Below, in pieces: positions 46,927-56,264 of a stretch of 64,000 nt of DNA. The notes beneath the pieces were generated by a model, which ran no database searches, was not told where the DNA came from, and saw nothing but the letters and a program-made list of their open reading frames with translations. The position numbers and the translations under genes are program-made. Positions within the stretch are counted from its first letter, which is position 1. The number at the start of each line of letters is the position of its first letter. Origin of the DNA: a candidate division WOR-3 bacterium (lineage in GTDB: Bacteria > Hydrothermota > Tepidihabitantia > Tepidihabitantales > Tepidihabitantaceae); NCBI GenBank assembly GCA_965649295.1, contig CBFGKH010000004.1:32001-96000 (forward strand), in the 5' to 3' direction.

Positions 46927-48114
46927 ATGGACCTCTTTGCCAAGTGCACTGAGTACTACCAAATTGTCGCAGCTGCGAAGCAAGCGGGCTACTATCCCTA
47001 TTTCATACCACTCGATTCGGAACCGGATCGCCGTGTCACAATCCACGGCAAAGAACTGCTGATGCTAGGCTCCAACAACTACCTCGGACTCACGACTCAC
47101 CCCAAGGTGAAAGAGGCAGCCGTTGCCGCCATCCGCAAGTATGGTACTGGCTGCACTGGTTCGCGCTTCATGAACGGAACTTTGGACTTGCATGTTAAAC
47201 TCGAGCATGAACTTGCTCGTTTTTATCGCAAAGAAGCCTGCCTCGTTTTCTCAACTGGATATCAAACCAGCCTCGGCGTCGTCTCTGCTCTCGTTCGTAA
47301 GGGGGATGTTGCCATTACTGACAAACTCGATCACGCCTCGATCATGGATGGCTGTCAGATGTCGCATGGCACGGTGAAACGTTTCCTCCACAATGACCCA
47401 GTATCGTGCGAACGCGCCTTCACCCATATTCCCAGAGAAGCTGGCAGGCTCATCGTGGTCGACGGCGTCTTCTCAGTTGAAGGTGACCTGGCTCCACTCG
47501 ACAAGCTCGTCCCGATTGCCCGCCGCCACAATGCTCGGTTAATGGTTGATGATGCCCACTCTGTGGGCGTGGTCGGTCGTCACGGTCGCGGGACCGCGGA
47601 GCATTTTGGTGTCGAACGAGATGTCGATCTCATCATGGGAACATTCTCCAAGTCGTTCGCAACAATTGGCGGTTATGTTGTCGGCGAAGAAAAGGTAATC
47701 ACCTACATCCGCCATAACGCCCGGCCGATGCTTTTCTCCGCCGCCATCCCGCCGACCGCGGCTGCGACCGTACTGGCGGCCCTGGAAGTGATTAGGACCG
47801 AGCCTGAGCGTCGCGAACGACTCTGGCAGATTGCCAATAAGATGCGCGATGGGCTGCGGTCGATGGGCTATGATATCGGCACAAGTGTCACTCCCATAAT
47901 CCCGCTACACATTGGCGAGATGACGAAGACCCTACAGTTCTGGCGACGCCTCTACGACGCCGGGATATTCGCCAACGCATTCGTCCCACCCGGTGTACCA
48001 CCCAATCGCTCCTGCATTCGCACAAGCTACATGGCTACCCACACTGATGAAGACACCGACCTTGCTCTAGACATCTTTCGCCGGGTCGGCAAGTCTGCCG
48101 GTGTGATTCCATGA
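46927..48114 (+). CDS. spt: Serine palmitoyltransferase-like alpha-oxoamine synthase (PLP)
   Basis: YPYF, GSNNYLGL, GSRFMNGT, DHASI, DDAH, GTFSKS (SPT-type PLP-lysine motif); ATG 7 nt after TTGACT-16-TAGAAT. Confidence 0.75.
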   Translation: MDLFAKCTEYYQIVAAAKQAGYYPYFIPLDSEPDRRVTIHGKELLMLGSNNYLGLTTHPKVKEAAVAAIRKYGTGCTGSRFMNGTLDLHVKLEHELARFYRKEACLVFSTGYQTSLGVVSALVRKGDVAITDKLDHASIMDGCQMSHGTVKRFLHNDPVSCERAFTHIPREAGRLIVVDGVFSVEGDLAPLDKLVPIARRHNARLMVDDAHSVGVVGRHGRGTAEHFGVERDVDLIMGTFSKSFATIGGYVVGEEKVITYIRHNARPMLFSAAIPPTAAATVLAALEVIRTEPERRERLWQIANKMRDGLRSMGYDIGTSVTPIIPLHIGEMTKTLQFWRRLYDAGIFANAFVPPGVPPNRSCIRTSYMATHTDEDTDLALDIFRRVGKSAGVIP

Positions 48115-49232
48115 GCAGCGTCACGATCCGGCGAGTAACATCAAACCGCGACCTCGACAGCTTTGTCCGTCTACCATTTCAGCTTTATGAGAATGACCCC
48201 AACTGGGTTCCGCCGCTGGTAGCTGACCTCCGCAACGCCCTTACTCCTGGCAAGGGCCCATTCTGGAATCATGCTGAGCGGGAACTCTTTTTGGCTGAGA
48301 AGAGTAACGGGGTTGTTGGTCGCATTGCCGGCATCGTTGACCACAACTACAATCAAGTGCGCGGGTCACGCACTGGCTTCTGGGGCTACTTTGAATCGGT
48401 CAACGACGTGTCGGTTGCCGCCGCGCTATTTGCTGCAGCGACCGACTTCGCACGCGACCACGGCTGCGATCGCATACTCGGACCGGCCAACCCTTCGCTC
48501 AACGACGAATCCGGCTTGTTGATCGCTCCGTTCGATTCACCACCGATGATCCGGATGAGCTACAATCCACCCTACTACCCTCGACTTGTCGAAGCTTGCG
48601 GTTTTGCCAAGGCGAAAGACCTCTACGCGTACGTCATCGATGTAGCTATACCAATACCCGAAAAGTTACAACGAGTAATGACCCGACTGAAGCAACGGCC
48701 AGGCGTCTCTGTCCGCCCGATTGACTTATCCCGCATCCGACGCGAGCTTGCTCTCATTAAGGAAGTCTATAATGACGCCTGGTCACAGAACTGGGATTTC
48801 GTTCCTATGACCGACGAGGAACTCGACGACCTCGCGCGACAACTGAAGCCCCTTGTCGAGCCTTCGCTCTGTCCTTTTGTCTTCTATAATGGCGAAATCG
48901 CCGGCATCTGCATCGCTCTTCCCGATTATAACATCGTCTTGCGTCACCTTGGTGGTCGGCTGGGACCAGTCGAGATGGTCAAGTTCCTGAGGCTACGGCG
49001 GAAGATCGACCAGGCCCGGCTTTGGGCGCTTGGCGTCAAGCGCAAGTTTCACAACCTTGGGCTCGATTCGCTGCTATACTACGAATCCTTGATTGCTGCC
49101 CGCCAGCTCGGTTACCGCCGCGGCGAAGTATCCTGGATCCTTGAGGATAACGTCCACATCATCCGGCCAATCCAGATGATGGGCGGCCGCATCTACAAAA
49201 CCTACCGCATCTACGAACGCCGAGTCAGGTAG
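48111..49232 (+). CDS. GNAT-fold N-acyltransferase, YghO/bacterial ceramide synthase (bCerS)-like
   Basis: F..LP..LY..DPNWVPPL, VGRIAG, GF.G.FE, YNPPYY, YNDAWS.NW.F.P, LPDYN, E.SWILEDN, KTYRIY; ATGA overlap with spt. Confidence 0.75.
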   Translation: MSSVTIRRVTSNRDLDSFVRLPFQLYENDPNWVPPLVADLRNALTPGKGPFWNHAERELFLAEKSNGVVGRIAGIVDHNYNQVRGSRTGFWGYFESVNDVSVAAALFAAATDFARDHGCDRILGPANPSLNDESGLLIAPFDSPPMIRMSYNPPYYPRLVEACGFAKAKDLYAYVIDVAIPIPEKLQRVMTRLKQRPGVSVRPIDLSRIRRELALIKEVYNDAWSQNWDFVPMTDEELDDLARQLKPLVEPSLCPFVFYNGEIAGICIALPDYNIVLRHLGGRLGPVEMVKFLRLRRKIDQARLWALGVKRKFHNLGLDSLLYYESLIAARQLGYRRGEVSWILEDNVHIIRPIQMMGGRIYKTYRIYERRVR

Positions 49233-49980
49233 TTCGGCGCTGACGAACAGTGAGGGTGTGACGCACCATTTGGACACATTTCATCGGATTGTGCCAAATC
49301 TCGCCACCAGAAAACCGCAGCACGTGCCAGCCCCCCGCGTTCAGTGCGTTGTCGCGCCGCCGGTCCTGTGCTGCCTTTTCTCGACCAGAATGATAGGCCT
49401 CGCCATCGCACTCAATTGCCAGTTTGCGCCCCTTGGTCACAATTGCCATATCAAGCATGAACCCCTCTCCCTGTTCACGCACATAGTACTGACGCTCAGA
49501 TTCAATACCGGCTCGGCGCAGCGCATCGTACAACCTATCCTCAATCGGACTCGACCGAAACAGGTCATTAATCTCATCCGCAACCAGCAACCGTTCCATA
49601 GTAGTCGGAATGAAGACTATGCGACGCAGTCTGCGGCTGGGAATCGGCGCCGGCAGCGGTACGAGCTCACCAACCTGAACCTGCCAGTACTCGTCCTCAG
49701 CCCGCGGATGGTCCGGCTCGTCAGGCAACAGTTCTTTTCGAGTTCGCCTTCTCATCCCTAACACCAGCGCATACCAATTCACTGACCACTTCTCGCTGCC
49801 GAAAGCTCTAGTCTGGTAGAAAGCCAAGTAACGTGCCGTCGCCAACTCTGGTGGTGCTGTCCTCACTGGAACCCGGTACCAGTGCTGCTCACGCAACAAT
49901 CGCCAGTCTTTGGGACGAGTCACCACACAGACCAGTGCTGGTGCTTCTCTTCCCCAAGCACAATTCCGACGCGCTGCCAT
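49225..49980 (-). CDS. DUF559/Vsr-like endonuclease with N-terminal putative PUA/EVE-like domain
   Basis: C-terminal SPIE..LY..L, Q..V, F.LD, AIECDG..YH, DRRRD..L...GW.VLRF; N-terminal WYRVP, YLAFYQ; ATG 6 nt after TTGACC-16-TACAAT. Confidence 0.75.
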   Translation of the reverse strand: MAARRNCAWGREAPALVCVVTRPKDWRLLREQHWYRVPVRTAPPELATARYLAFYQTRAFGSEKWSVNWYALVLGMRRRTRKELLPDEPDHPRAEDEYWQVQVGELVPLPAPIPSRRLRRIVFIPTTMERLLVADEINDLFRSSPIEDRLYDALRRAGIESERQYYVREQGEGFMLDMAIVTKGRKLAIECDGEAYHSGREKAAQDRRRDNALNAGGWHVLRFSGGEIWHNPMKCVQMVRHTLTVRQRRTT

Positions 49981-50415
49981 TTCGCAATTGTAGATACTAC
50001 CCACGCATGGTCAACACCAGCCGATTGGCAAGCACTGCGCAAAAGAACGCAGCAAAATCTTCTAATCACTATCTGATCAGCACTCGGAAGCTCACTCAGA
50101 CGCCGCCTGCAAGCATCCCAGTCCAGACACTTGGCAATCCAGTCATTCTTGTTGAAGCCAAAGTCGCCGGAACACTTGCGCGCCATCGCACCGTAGAACA
50201 CCTACCGTGCTCTCTGTCCTTCGGTATCGTTGATAACCTGGCGAATGCCTCCAATATGAGGCCCTCAACCTATCGCGAAGCCCCATCCGCCTGCTAACCA
50301 CGAGGCTTTCCCGTCCCCTGCATGCAACCAACAGCTCTCGCCCTTCTGGCCAGCAGAAAATCGGCCGTCACTTGACGGCACTGCAGCGACCTCCCGCCAG
50401 CTGGTCTGGTTGTGG

Positions 50416-53292
50416 CTACGGCTGCCGGTCAAGAAGCAAACGGTACTTTGTTTGAACGAATTCGTCACCTTCCTCTTCACGGGCAGCAACCAGGATTGCC
50501 CGCAACGAATCGTCAAGAAGCTTGCCCGCAGCTTCAACCGCGACCAACCGCACAAACGGAACCGGTGCCGTGACGTGAGTGGCAATCTTATCACGCACAA
50601 CCGGTAGCAACGTGTCAGTCGAGTCAAACTTCGTAGCAATAGCGCCCAATGCTCGCACGGCATGACCAAGTGCCGGCGCCTTCATCTTTGACATTGCTGC
50701 CAGTAGCGGCGTAACACTCGAACTACCGATAGCAACCAAGGCCGCCTCCGCCGCGCTCCGTACCGTAAACAACGAATCAGCGAGGTTACGAATTAGCGCG
50801 GGGACAGCCGCTGGGTTCTTCAGTTTACCGCAGGCCTCAGCTGTCACAATCCTCGACGGCTGAAAAGTATCCTGCAGCAGATAGAGAATCTTGGGAACAA
50901 TCAGCGAATCCCCGATGTCGCCAAAAGCTTGAGCGGCCCGCCGGGGTGAGATACGTCTCGTCTTGAGCGCCGAGTAGATTGAGTCAACTGCATCAATGGC
51001 ATTGCGGCCAAGCTTGCCAAACAGGTAAGCTGCATTCTGACGGACGAGATAGCGTTCGTCACGGAGTGCCCGAAACAGAAAGGGTTTAGCCGAATCTGGC
51101 CAGGCCTTGACCAGTGCCTCGATCGCTTCGAGCTCAAGTCCACTCTTGGTGTCAGCCTTCTTCTCAAAAACGTAAGCAAGGGCAGCCGTGCCCAGCCTGT
51201 TGAGCTGTTTGCGTGCCCGTTTCACTCGCTTCTGTGCGTTACCAACCGCCCAGGTTGAGGCAATCTTGAAGACGGAATCGACCGGCAGGGCGATGGAATC
51301 GATGCCGGAATCAGTAGTATCAACATCTGGCTCCTCGTCAACGACGCTGGCCAGCCGTGGCAGGTCAAGGCCTGAACCATAGGTGCCCTTGGTCCAGCGT
51401 GTCTCATCATCTGCGGTATTGCCGATGCTGTACTTGTCCTTGCCCGCCAGATCACAGAACACGCCCATTCCGCCAAATCCGCGTGCCCAGTTGCTCGATC
51501 CATGACAAATGAGAGATTCAGTGCACGTATAGGCATCGTTGCCGTCTGCATCAACAAACAGGCCGACAGAATTGGTCAGGCCGATTCCCTGGCCACCTGA
51601 GCAGTAGTAACTGTCGTCGCCCTGACGGTCAACAAGCACACCCACTGAGAGGTCGTGCCCCTCGCCCTGACTTGGCCCCAGCCGAGAATGATAGGCATCA
51701 TTGCCGGCCCCATCCACCAACGCGCCGACTGAAAGATGAATGCCGGCGCCCTGCGAGTACTGAGCTGCACTATACTTGTCAAATCCAGCCCGATCCCAGA
51801 GCATCCCTAGCGAATACCAGTAGCTTGTACCCTGGCAGAACACTTCAGCGTTGTAGAAATCGTTGCCGTCAGTATCACAGAGGAAGCCGATGCCGCCGCC
51901 TGCGTCAGGCCGTTGACCGATGGCAAATCCTTGGGCAAACGAACGGTATTCGTGCGGTAGTAGTGGCTCGTGCCGAACCCGACCGCCAGCATAGTAGAGG
52001 TCATTGCCACCGTGCTCGAGCAACAAGCCATAGCCCCAGGTGCCGGCGAAAGCCTGACAGTAACCGAGACTGCGATAGGTGTCGTTGGCCTCTTCGTCAA
52101 CCAGCGCAGCTGCACCGTACATTCCCGCGCCCTGAGCAAAGAATCCACCATCGTAGAAATCTGCGCCACGCTGGTCCCAGAGTAAACCGGTGCCGTAGAT
52201 GGCTGCTCCCTGACAGTAACTGACTGAACGATAGATGTCGTCACCTGCGCAGTCAATCAGCACACCGGCTCCAAATAGGGCAGCACCCTGACTGAACAAC
52301 CGGTCAGAGTGGTATAGGTCATTGCCGTCCAGGTCAATACACGCCCCGAACCCTGAACCGATAATTCCGACCCCACCTGCAACGCGACCCAGATATCGAT
52401 CATTGCCACCGATGTCAATAATCAGACAGTAGCTTCCGCGATAGCAGTTATCTGCTGACCCGCCAATGACTAACTTTCCCCATCTGGTATCGCCAACAAA
52501 CAACACTTTACCATCAACACCTGGCACAGACTGACCGTCACCATCATGCGAGAGCTGGGCCGACGCATTCATTAACAATCGGCGTGCCTCGGTAACAGCC
52601 ATCACTACTGCCAGTCCTGACTTCGCCAGTGCCTTGCGGTCCAGCCGACGTGCATAGGCCAGCAGAGTCTCTGGCTTCACATCCTGCGACGTATCGTAGG
52701 TTCTGCCAAACTCGGCGTGCAGCACGCCGGCCAGCGACTTCAAGGTCGAATCATCAGAGTCTCGCCAGTAGTCCGGCGCCAGCCCAAGCATCCGGTCCAG
52801 CTCCTCTGGTTTCAAATTCGCCACCGCTTGATCAAGATACCTCTGCCCAATCTCAAACCCAGCCAACGCAGTTACAATCACGTCAACCAGCGGGCGCGAT
52901 AAATGTGCGGGACTCGAAAACGGTCTGCGAGCTGCAAGCACCTCTTGCCATAACCGAGCTGAGTCGTGACGGCTCCAGCCGAGATCAAGCCGTTCTAGTT
53001 GATACCCGAGCAGACCAACCGGCAGGGTGTCCAGGCATGACACTCGGGCCGCCGCACTCTCAACGTGGCCCACAACATCAAGCGGATGATCAAGCAGCCA
53101 GTCCACGGTCTTCAACCGAAAGAAGCTGTCGACTGCCCACTGTTTGTAGTAGCCAAGTTCATCGACACCGACGCCCTGGATCTGCAGACCCAGACCTATC
53201 GTCGCCATAGCTAATGAATCTAGTCCAACCGCGGGCGATGATGCCGCCATCCCAATGCCGAACAACATAAGCAACACACAGGCCATCCGCAC
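50416..53292 (-). CDS. Exported protein with Gly/Asp-rich DxxGxDxY repeats and C-terminal HEAT repeats
   Basis: Signal peptide; more than 10 G.G.L.D..G.D.Y...QG.G repeats; VR..AA..LG HEAT motifs. Confidence 0.78.
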   Translation of the reverse strand: MRMACVLLMLFGIGMAASSPAVGLDSLAMATIGLGLQIQGVGVDELGYYKQWAVDSFFRLKTVDWLLDHPLDVVGHVESAAARVSCLDTLPVGLLGYQLERLDLGWSRHDSARLWQEVLAARRPFSSPAHLSRPLVDVIVTALAGFEIGQRYLDQAVANLKPEELDRMLGLAPDYWRDSDDSTLKSLAGVLHAEFGRTYDTSQDVKPETLLAYARRLDRKALAKSGLAVVMAVTEARRLLMNASAQLSHDGDGQSVPGVDGKVLFVGDTRWGKLVIGGSADNCYRGSYCLIIDIGGNDRYLGRVAGGVGIIGSGFGACIDLDGNDLYHSDRLFSQGAALFGAGVLIDCAGDDIYRSVSYCQGAAIYGTGLLWDQRGADFYDGGFFAQGAGMYGAAALVDEEANDTYRSLGYCQAFAGTWGYGLLLEHGGNDLYYAGGRVRHEPLLPHEYRSFAQGFAIGQRPDAGGGIGFLCDTDGNDFYNAEVFCQGTSYWYSLGMLWDRAGFDKYSAAQYSQGAGIHLSVGALVDGAGNDAYHSRLGPSQGEGHDLSVGVLVDRQGDDSYYCSGGQGIGLTNSVGLFVDADGNDAYTCTESLICHGSSNWARGFGGMGVFCDLAGKDKYSIGNTADDETRWTKGTYGSGLDLPRLASVVDEEPDVDTTDSGIDSIALPVDSVFKIASTWAVGNAQKRVKRARKQLNRLGTAALAYVFEKKADTKSGLELEAIEALVKAWPDSAKPFLFRALRDERYLVRQNAAYLFGKLGRNAIDAVDSIYSALKTRRISPRRAAQAFGDIGDSLIVPKILYLLQDTFQPSRIVTAEACGKLKNPAAVPALIRNLADSLFTVRSAAEAALVAIGSSSVTPLLAAMSKMKAPALGHAVRALGAIATKFDSTDTLLPVVRDKIATHVTAPVPFVRLVAVEAAGKLLDDSLRAILVAAREEEGDEFVQTKYRLLLDRQP

Positions 53293-53366
53293 GATTCGCC
53301 TCCTGTCTTTCTAGTTACTGACCAATTGTGCCGACAGCATTCGGCTACTCCCAGAGCAACATTGGC

Positions 53367-53897
53367 TCACTGCGGGGCCAGCCATTCCTGGGGATCAACC
53401 GACCTAGCACCAACCCGGAATTCAAAGTGAAGTGTATCACCGGCAATGCCGATTGTTTCGCCTGCCCGGATTGCCCGACCCGGGCTTGTGCTGACTTCAG
53501 CCAGCCGTGAATAGACCGTGTGAAACCGACCGCCATGGTCAATAATCACCATCAGCCCATAGCCCATGAAACGGTCAGCATAGCTGACTTTCCCACTGTC
53601 CACAGCCCGCACTAGCTCGCCGCGAGTGGTTGCGATGTCCCAACCGGCATTCTTTGTTGCCGTCCCATACTTGGGGTCAACAATGTTGCCGAACGGCCGC
53701 ACCAGTGTGCCATTGACCGGCCACGGCAATCGGCCTTTTTTGCCTTCCATCGGATGCTGGACGGGCGGTTCTGGACTAACAAGTTCGCTGCCACGATGTC
53801 GCCGGCCGTAACGGGGGTTGTCAGTCCACAGCCAAGAACAACCTGTCAGCAACAGGCAAGCTGCCAGCAGCACGACTGGCCACGCGTGACTGGACAC
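53367..53897 (-). CDS. Lipoprotein with degenerate LytM/M23 domain (EnvC/NlpD-like)
   Basis: Lipobox LTGC; GRLPWPV.G, GWDI, YG.MVIIDHG, LHFE. Confidence 0.82.
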   Translation of the reverse strand: MSSHAWPVVLLAACLLLTGCSWLWTDNPRYGRRHRGSELVSPEPPVQHPMEGKKGRLPWPVNGTLVRPFGNIVDPKYGTATKNAGWDIATTRGELVRAVDSGKVSYADRFMGYGLMVIIDHGGRFHTVYSRLAEVSTSPGRAIRAGETIGIAGDTLHFEFRVGARSVDPQEWLAPQ

Positions 53898-53976
53898 CGA
53901 TACTTTCTAGCCGATTGCCAGTGATGAGTCAATTGCAGTCAAAGAAAACTGCTACCGGGGTATAACGGCAGCAGCA

Positions 53977-54325
53977 TGGAGGCGGCGGGAATCGAACCCG
54001 CGTCCGGAGAGTTCGGCGCCAGGAATCTACATGGTTAGTCAGCCGATGGGTCTCGTCTGTCCGTTAGCCGGCTGACGGGCGCGGACAGACCAGTCTCAGT
54101 GATAATCCGGCCTACGCCCTGAGACGCAACGCTGGCCTTTATCGCCCTGTTAGACCCTGATCCGGCGCCGGGCGCACTCGCCGGTCAAGGGGCTACCGCT
54201 AATTAGGCAGCCAGTGCGTAGCTGTTGTTGGCAGCTGTAGTTCCTTTGTCGGGAGTACGAGGTGACAAAGGACCCTCGCCATGCACTCTGGCCCCTCAGG
54301 CACTCCGTCGAAACCAGTCGCCCCC
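53977..54325 (-). ncRNA. ssrA: tmRNA; tag reading frame 54232-54203 encodes (A)ANNSYALAA
   Basis: 5' GGGGGCGACTGGTTTCGAC; 3' GACGCGGGTTCGATTCCCGCCGCCTCCA; tag ends YALAA-TAA; CCA not encoded. Confidence 0.96.
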
Positions 54326-54371
54326 GCACACGGAATCGGCCTGAGCTGGCCCACTCCTGATTGTCGCTCAA

Positions 54372-54400
54372 ATTGTAGAACCTATTGGAGCTTAAGTCAA
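54372..54400 (-). promoter_or_regulatory. sigma70 promoter of ssrA
   Basis: TTGACT-17 nt-TACAAT. Confidence 0.7.
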
Positions 54401-54406
54401 TTGACG

Positions 54407-56251
54407 CTAGCCAGCACTGGAACTGCCACCGCCGCCGCCACCGCCACCGCCACCGGAAAAACCGCCACCCGACGAAGTCGCCGTCGAAAAAGAACCAATC
54501 ATTCCTGACAAGTTGCTGGCAAAAGCAGCGAAGTTGGACAGCCCCTCACCAATCGAAGCCATCCCCGCTCCACCGGGGGCGGCAGCAGCCAGATACCACG
54601 CTGGTTGACTCAGAGCCGCGCCGCGTTCGGCAGCTAACCTGGCAACGTGCTTCAAGAACCGGTCAGCAACTCCTAACGCCACAGCAAAAACGTAGTACTC
54701 TTCCCAGATTCCCAGCAACGTAACCGGTGCCTGCTCGATTGCCGAGAAATCAACGAGAAACTTACGAAAGTTCTTCCACCGACGGTGCTCGATGTAGGCG
54801 GCCGGCGTCCAACGTACTATCGAACTACCAAGCCCGGCGAAAACGAAAGCAAGGACCGCGGCAACGCTCAGTGCCACTGGCAACATCGCCTTATCTGGTA
54901 AGCCGACGATGGCGGCCAAGCCGTTTGCCAGCGCCAGCGCCCCGAGCAATGAACTGAGCGCGGTTATGACCACGTACCAGCCACTTGCCGTAACGCTGGC
55001 CCGTTCTACGAACCCGCCACCTAACTCGGCCCGCCAGCGTAGCATAGCGGCGTCAAACACATCCCCGAGGAAGGAACGTACTACTGTCGGATTGTCTTTG
55101 ACAAACTCCTTCACCATCTTCTCATCAAAAGAGCCAGTGCCCTTGCCAATGTTGTCAAAAAAGAAACTAACGCAGGCCTTGTCAAAGTCATCACCGTTCG
55201 CCACCACGTCAGAACGCACTAGCCGGAAAAGGTGACTTGTTCTATCTCTTTCCCGCACTTCCTGCACGGTTACCGCACCGCGGCGGGCCATTGCCAGCAG
55301 CGTGGCCATCATTCCGCCAAAGAGAGGCTGGTACATTGCCGACTTGGATGGACGCTGATGGAGTATCAACGGTACCATTACAGGCGGGACCTTACGGGGC
55401 GGTTCGTGCTCATAAATTGCTTCATAACTAAGCTGAGGTTCGCGACCGAAGCGCCGATGCATCGTCAAGAGCAACAACAATGGCACGACGACAAGCAGGA
55501 CGATTGCGATGGGTATGAGGAAATGTCTGCGGAGATTCGCCTTCAGAAAATTCTCTCTCTCTTCCTTGAGGATACGTTCGTATGCCGAATCCCGAAGCTG
55601 CGCTGCCAGTGGATAGAGACCCGATTCGGTGAGTACTCTGATTTCAACAAATCTGTCCTTGGCAATGCTGCGCTGATGGACAACTGCCGTGTCGAAATCA
55701 GTGGTGAAGACAAGCCTGCCCGGTGTGGCCGCCGAGTGGACATACACCTTGAACAAGGAGGGACTAGCTGCCGGCGGGACAAGTCTGATGACAATGCTCT
55801 CAATTCGGGCATGGTTATCCTCGATTACCTTCCAGTAGAACTCGGCAACGTCCTGGTAGCGACGAATCGCTCCTTTGATAGTATAGTCGAGCAGAAACCT
55901 TTTCTCCTCGTCCTGCGCTGAATATGACCAGCGGACATAGAGCGAACGTTCGTCACTTCGTAGCTCGGTCGGTTCGATGTCGCGCCAGCCACTGCCAGTG
56001 TACTCGGCCAGCCGCTGCAGAATTACATCAGCCGCGCCCTGTTTGCGCAAGTCAATGTCTGCCCAGGAAAATGTGCCGGCGAAAGAGTAAGTCCGCTCCT
56101 GCAGGATTCGAACGTCGCCGTTCGGTTGCAGCAGCACGGTCGTCACTATTTCGGGATGATAGTAGGACTTTGCAGCTACTGTTGCTGGCAAGGATGCAAC
56201 CAGTAGCCCAATCAGAACCCCTTCCAGCAACCGCTGGCCGCGGCTAAACAA
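54407..56251 (-). CDS. DUF2207-family membrane protein
   Basis: NGDV.I.E..TY.F.G.F, EFYWKVI, P.PP, W..F..FL, WEEY.V.AVALGV, Gly/Ser C-tail; start approximate (TTG 56251). Confidence 0.85.
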   Translation of the reverse strand: MFSRGQRLLEGVLIGLLVASLPATVAAKSYYHPEIVTTVLLQPNGDVRILQERTYSFAGTFSWADIDLRKQGAADVILQRLAEYTGSGWRDIEPTELRSDERSLYVRWSYSAQDEEKRFLLDYTIKGAIRRYQDVAEFYWKVIEDNHARIESIVIRLVPPAASPSLFKVYVHSAATPGRLVFTTDFDTAVVHQRSIAKDRFVEIRVLTESGLYPLAAQLRDSAYERILKEERENFLKANLRRHFLIPIAIVLLVVVPLLLLLTMHRRFGREPQLSYEAIYEHEPPRKVPPVMVPLILHQRPSKSAMYQPLFGGMMATLLAMARRGAVTVQEVRERDRTSHLFRLVRSDVVANGDDFDKACVSFFFDNIGKGTGSFDEKMVKEFVKDNPTVVRSFLGDVFDAAMLRWRAELGGGFVERASVTASGWYVVITALSSLLGALALANGLAAIVGLPDKAMLPVALSVAAVLAFVFAGLGSSIVRWTPAAYIEHRRWKNFRKFLVDFSAIEQAPVTLLGIWEEYYVFAVALGVADRFLKHVARLAAERGAALSQPAWYLAAAAPGGAGMASIGEGLSNFAAFASNLSGMIGSFSTATSSGGGFSGGGGGGGGGGSSSAG

Positions 56252-56264
56252 CGAGCGGCCTGCT

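Noticed and set aside
54425..54470. (CCGCCA)n simple repeat
   Set aside because: It encodes the normal Gly-rich C-terminal tail of the DUF2207 protein.
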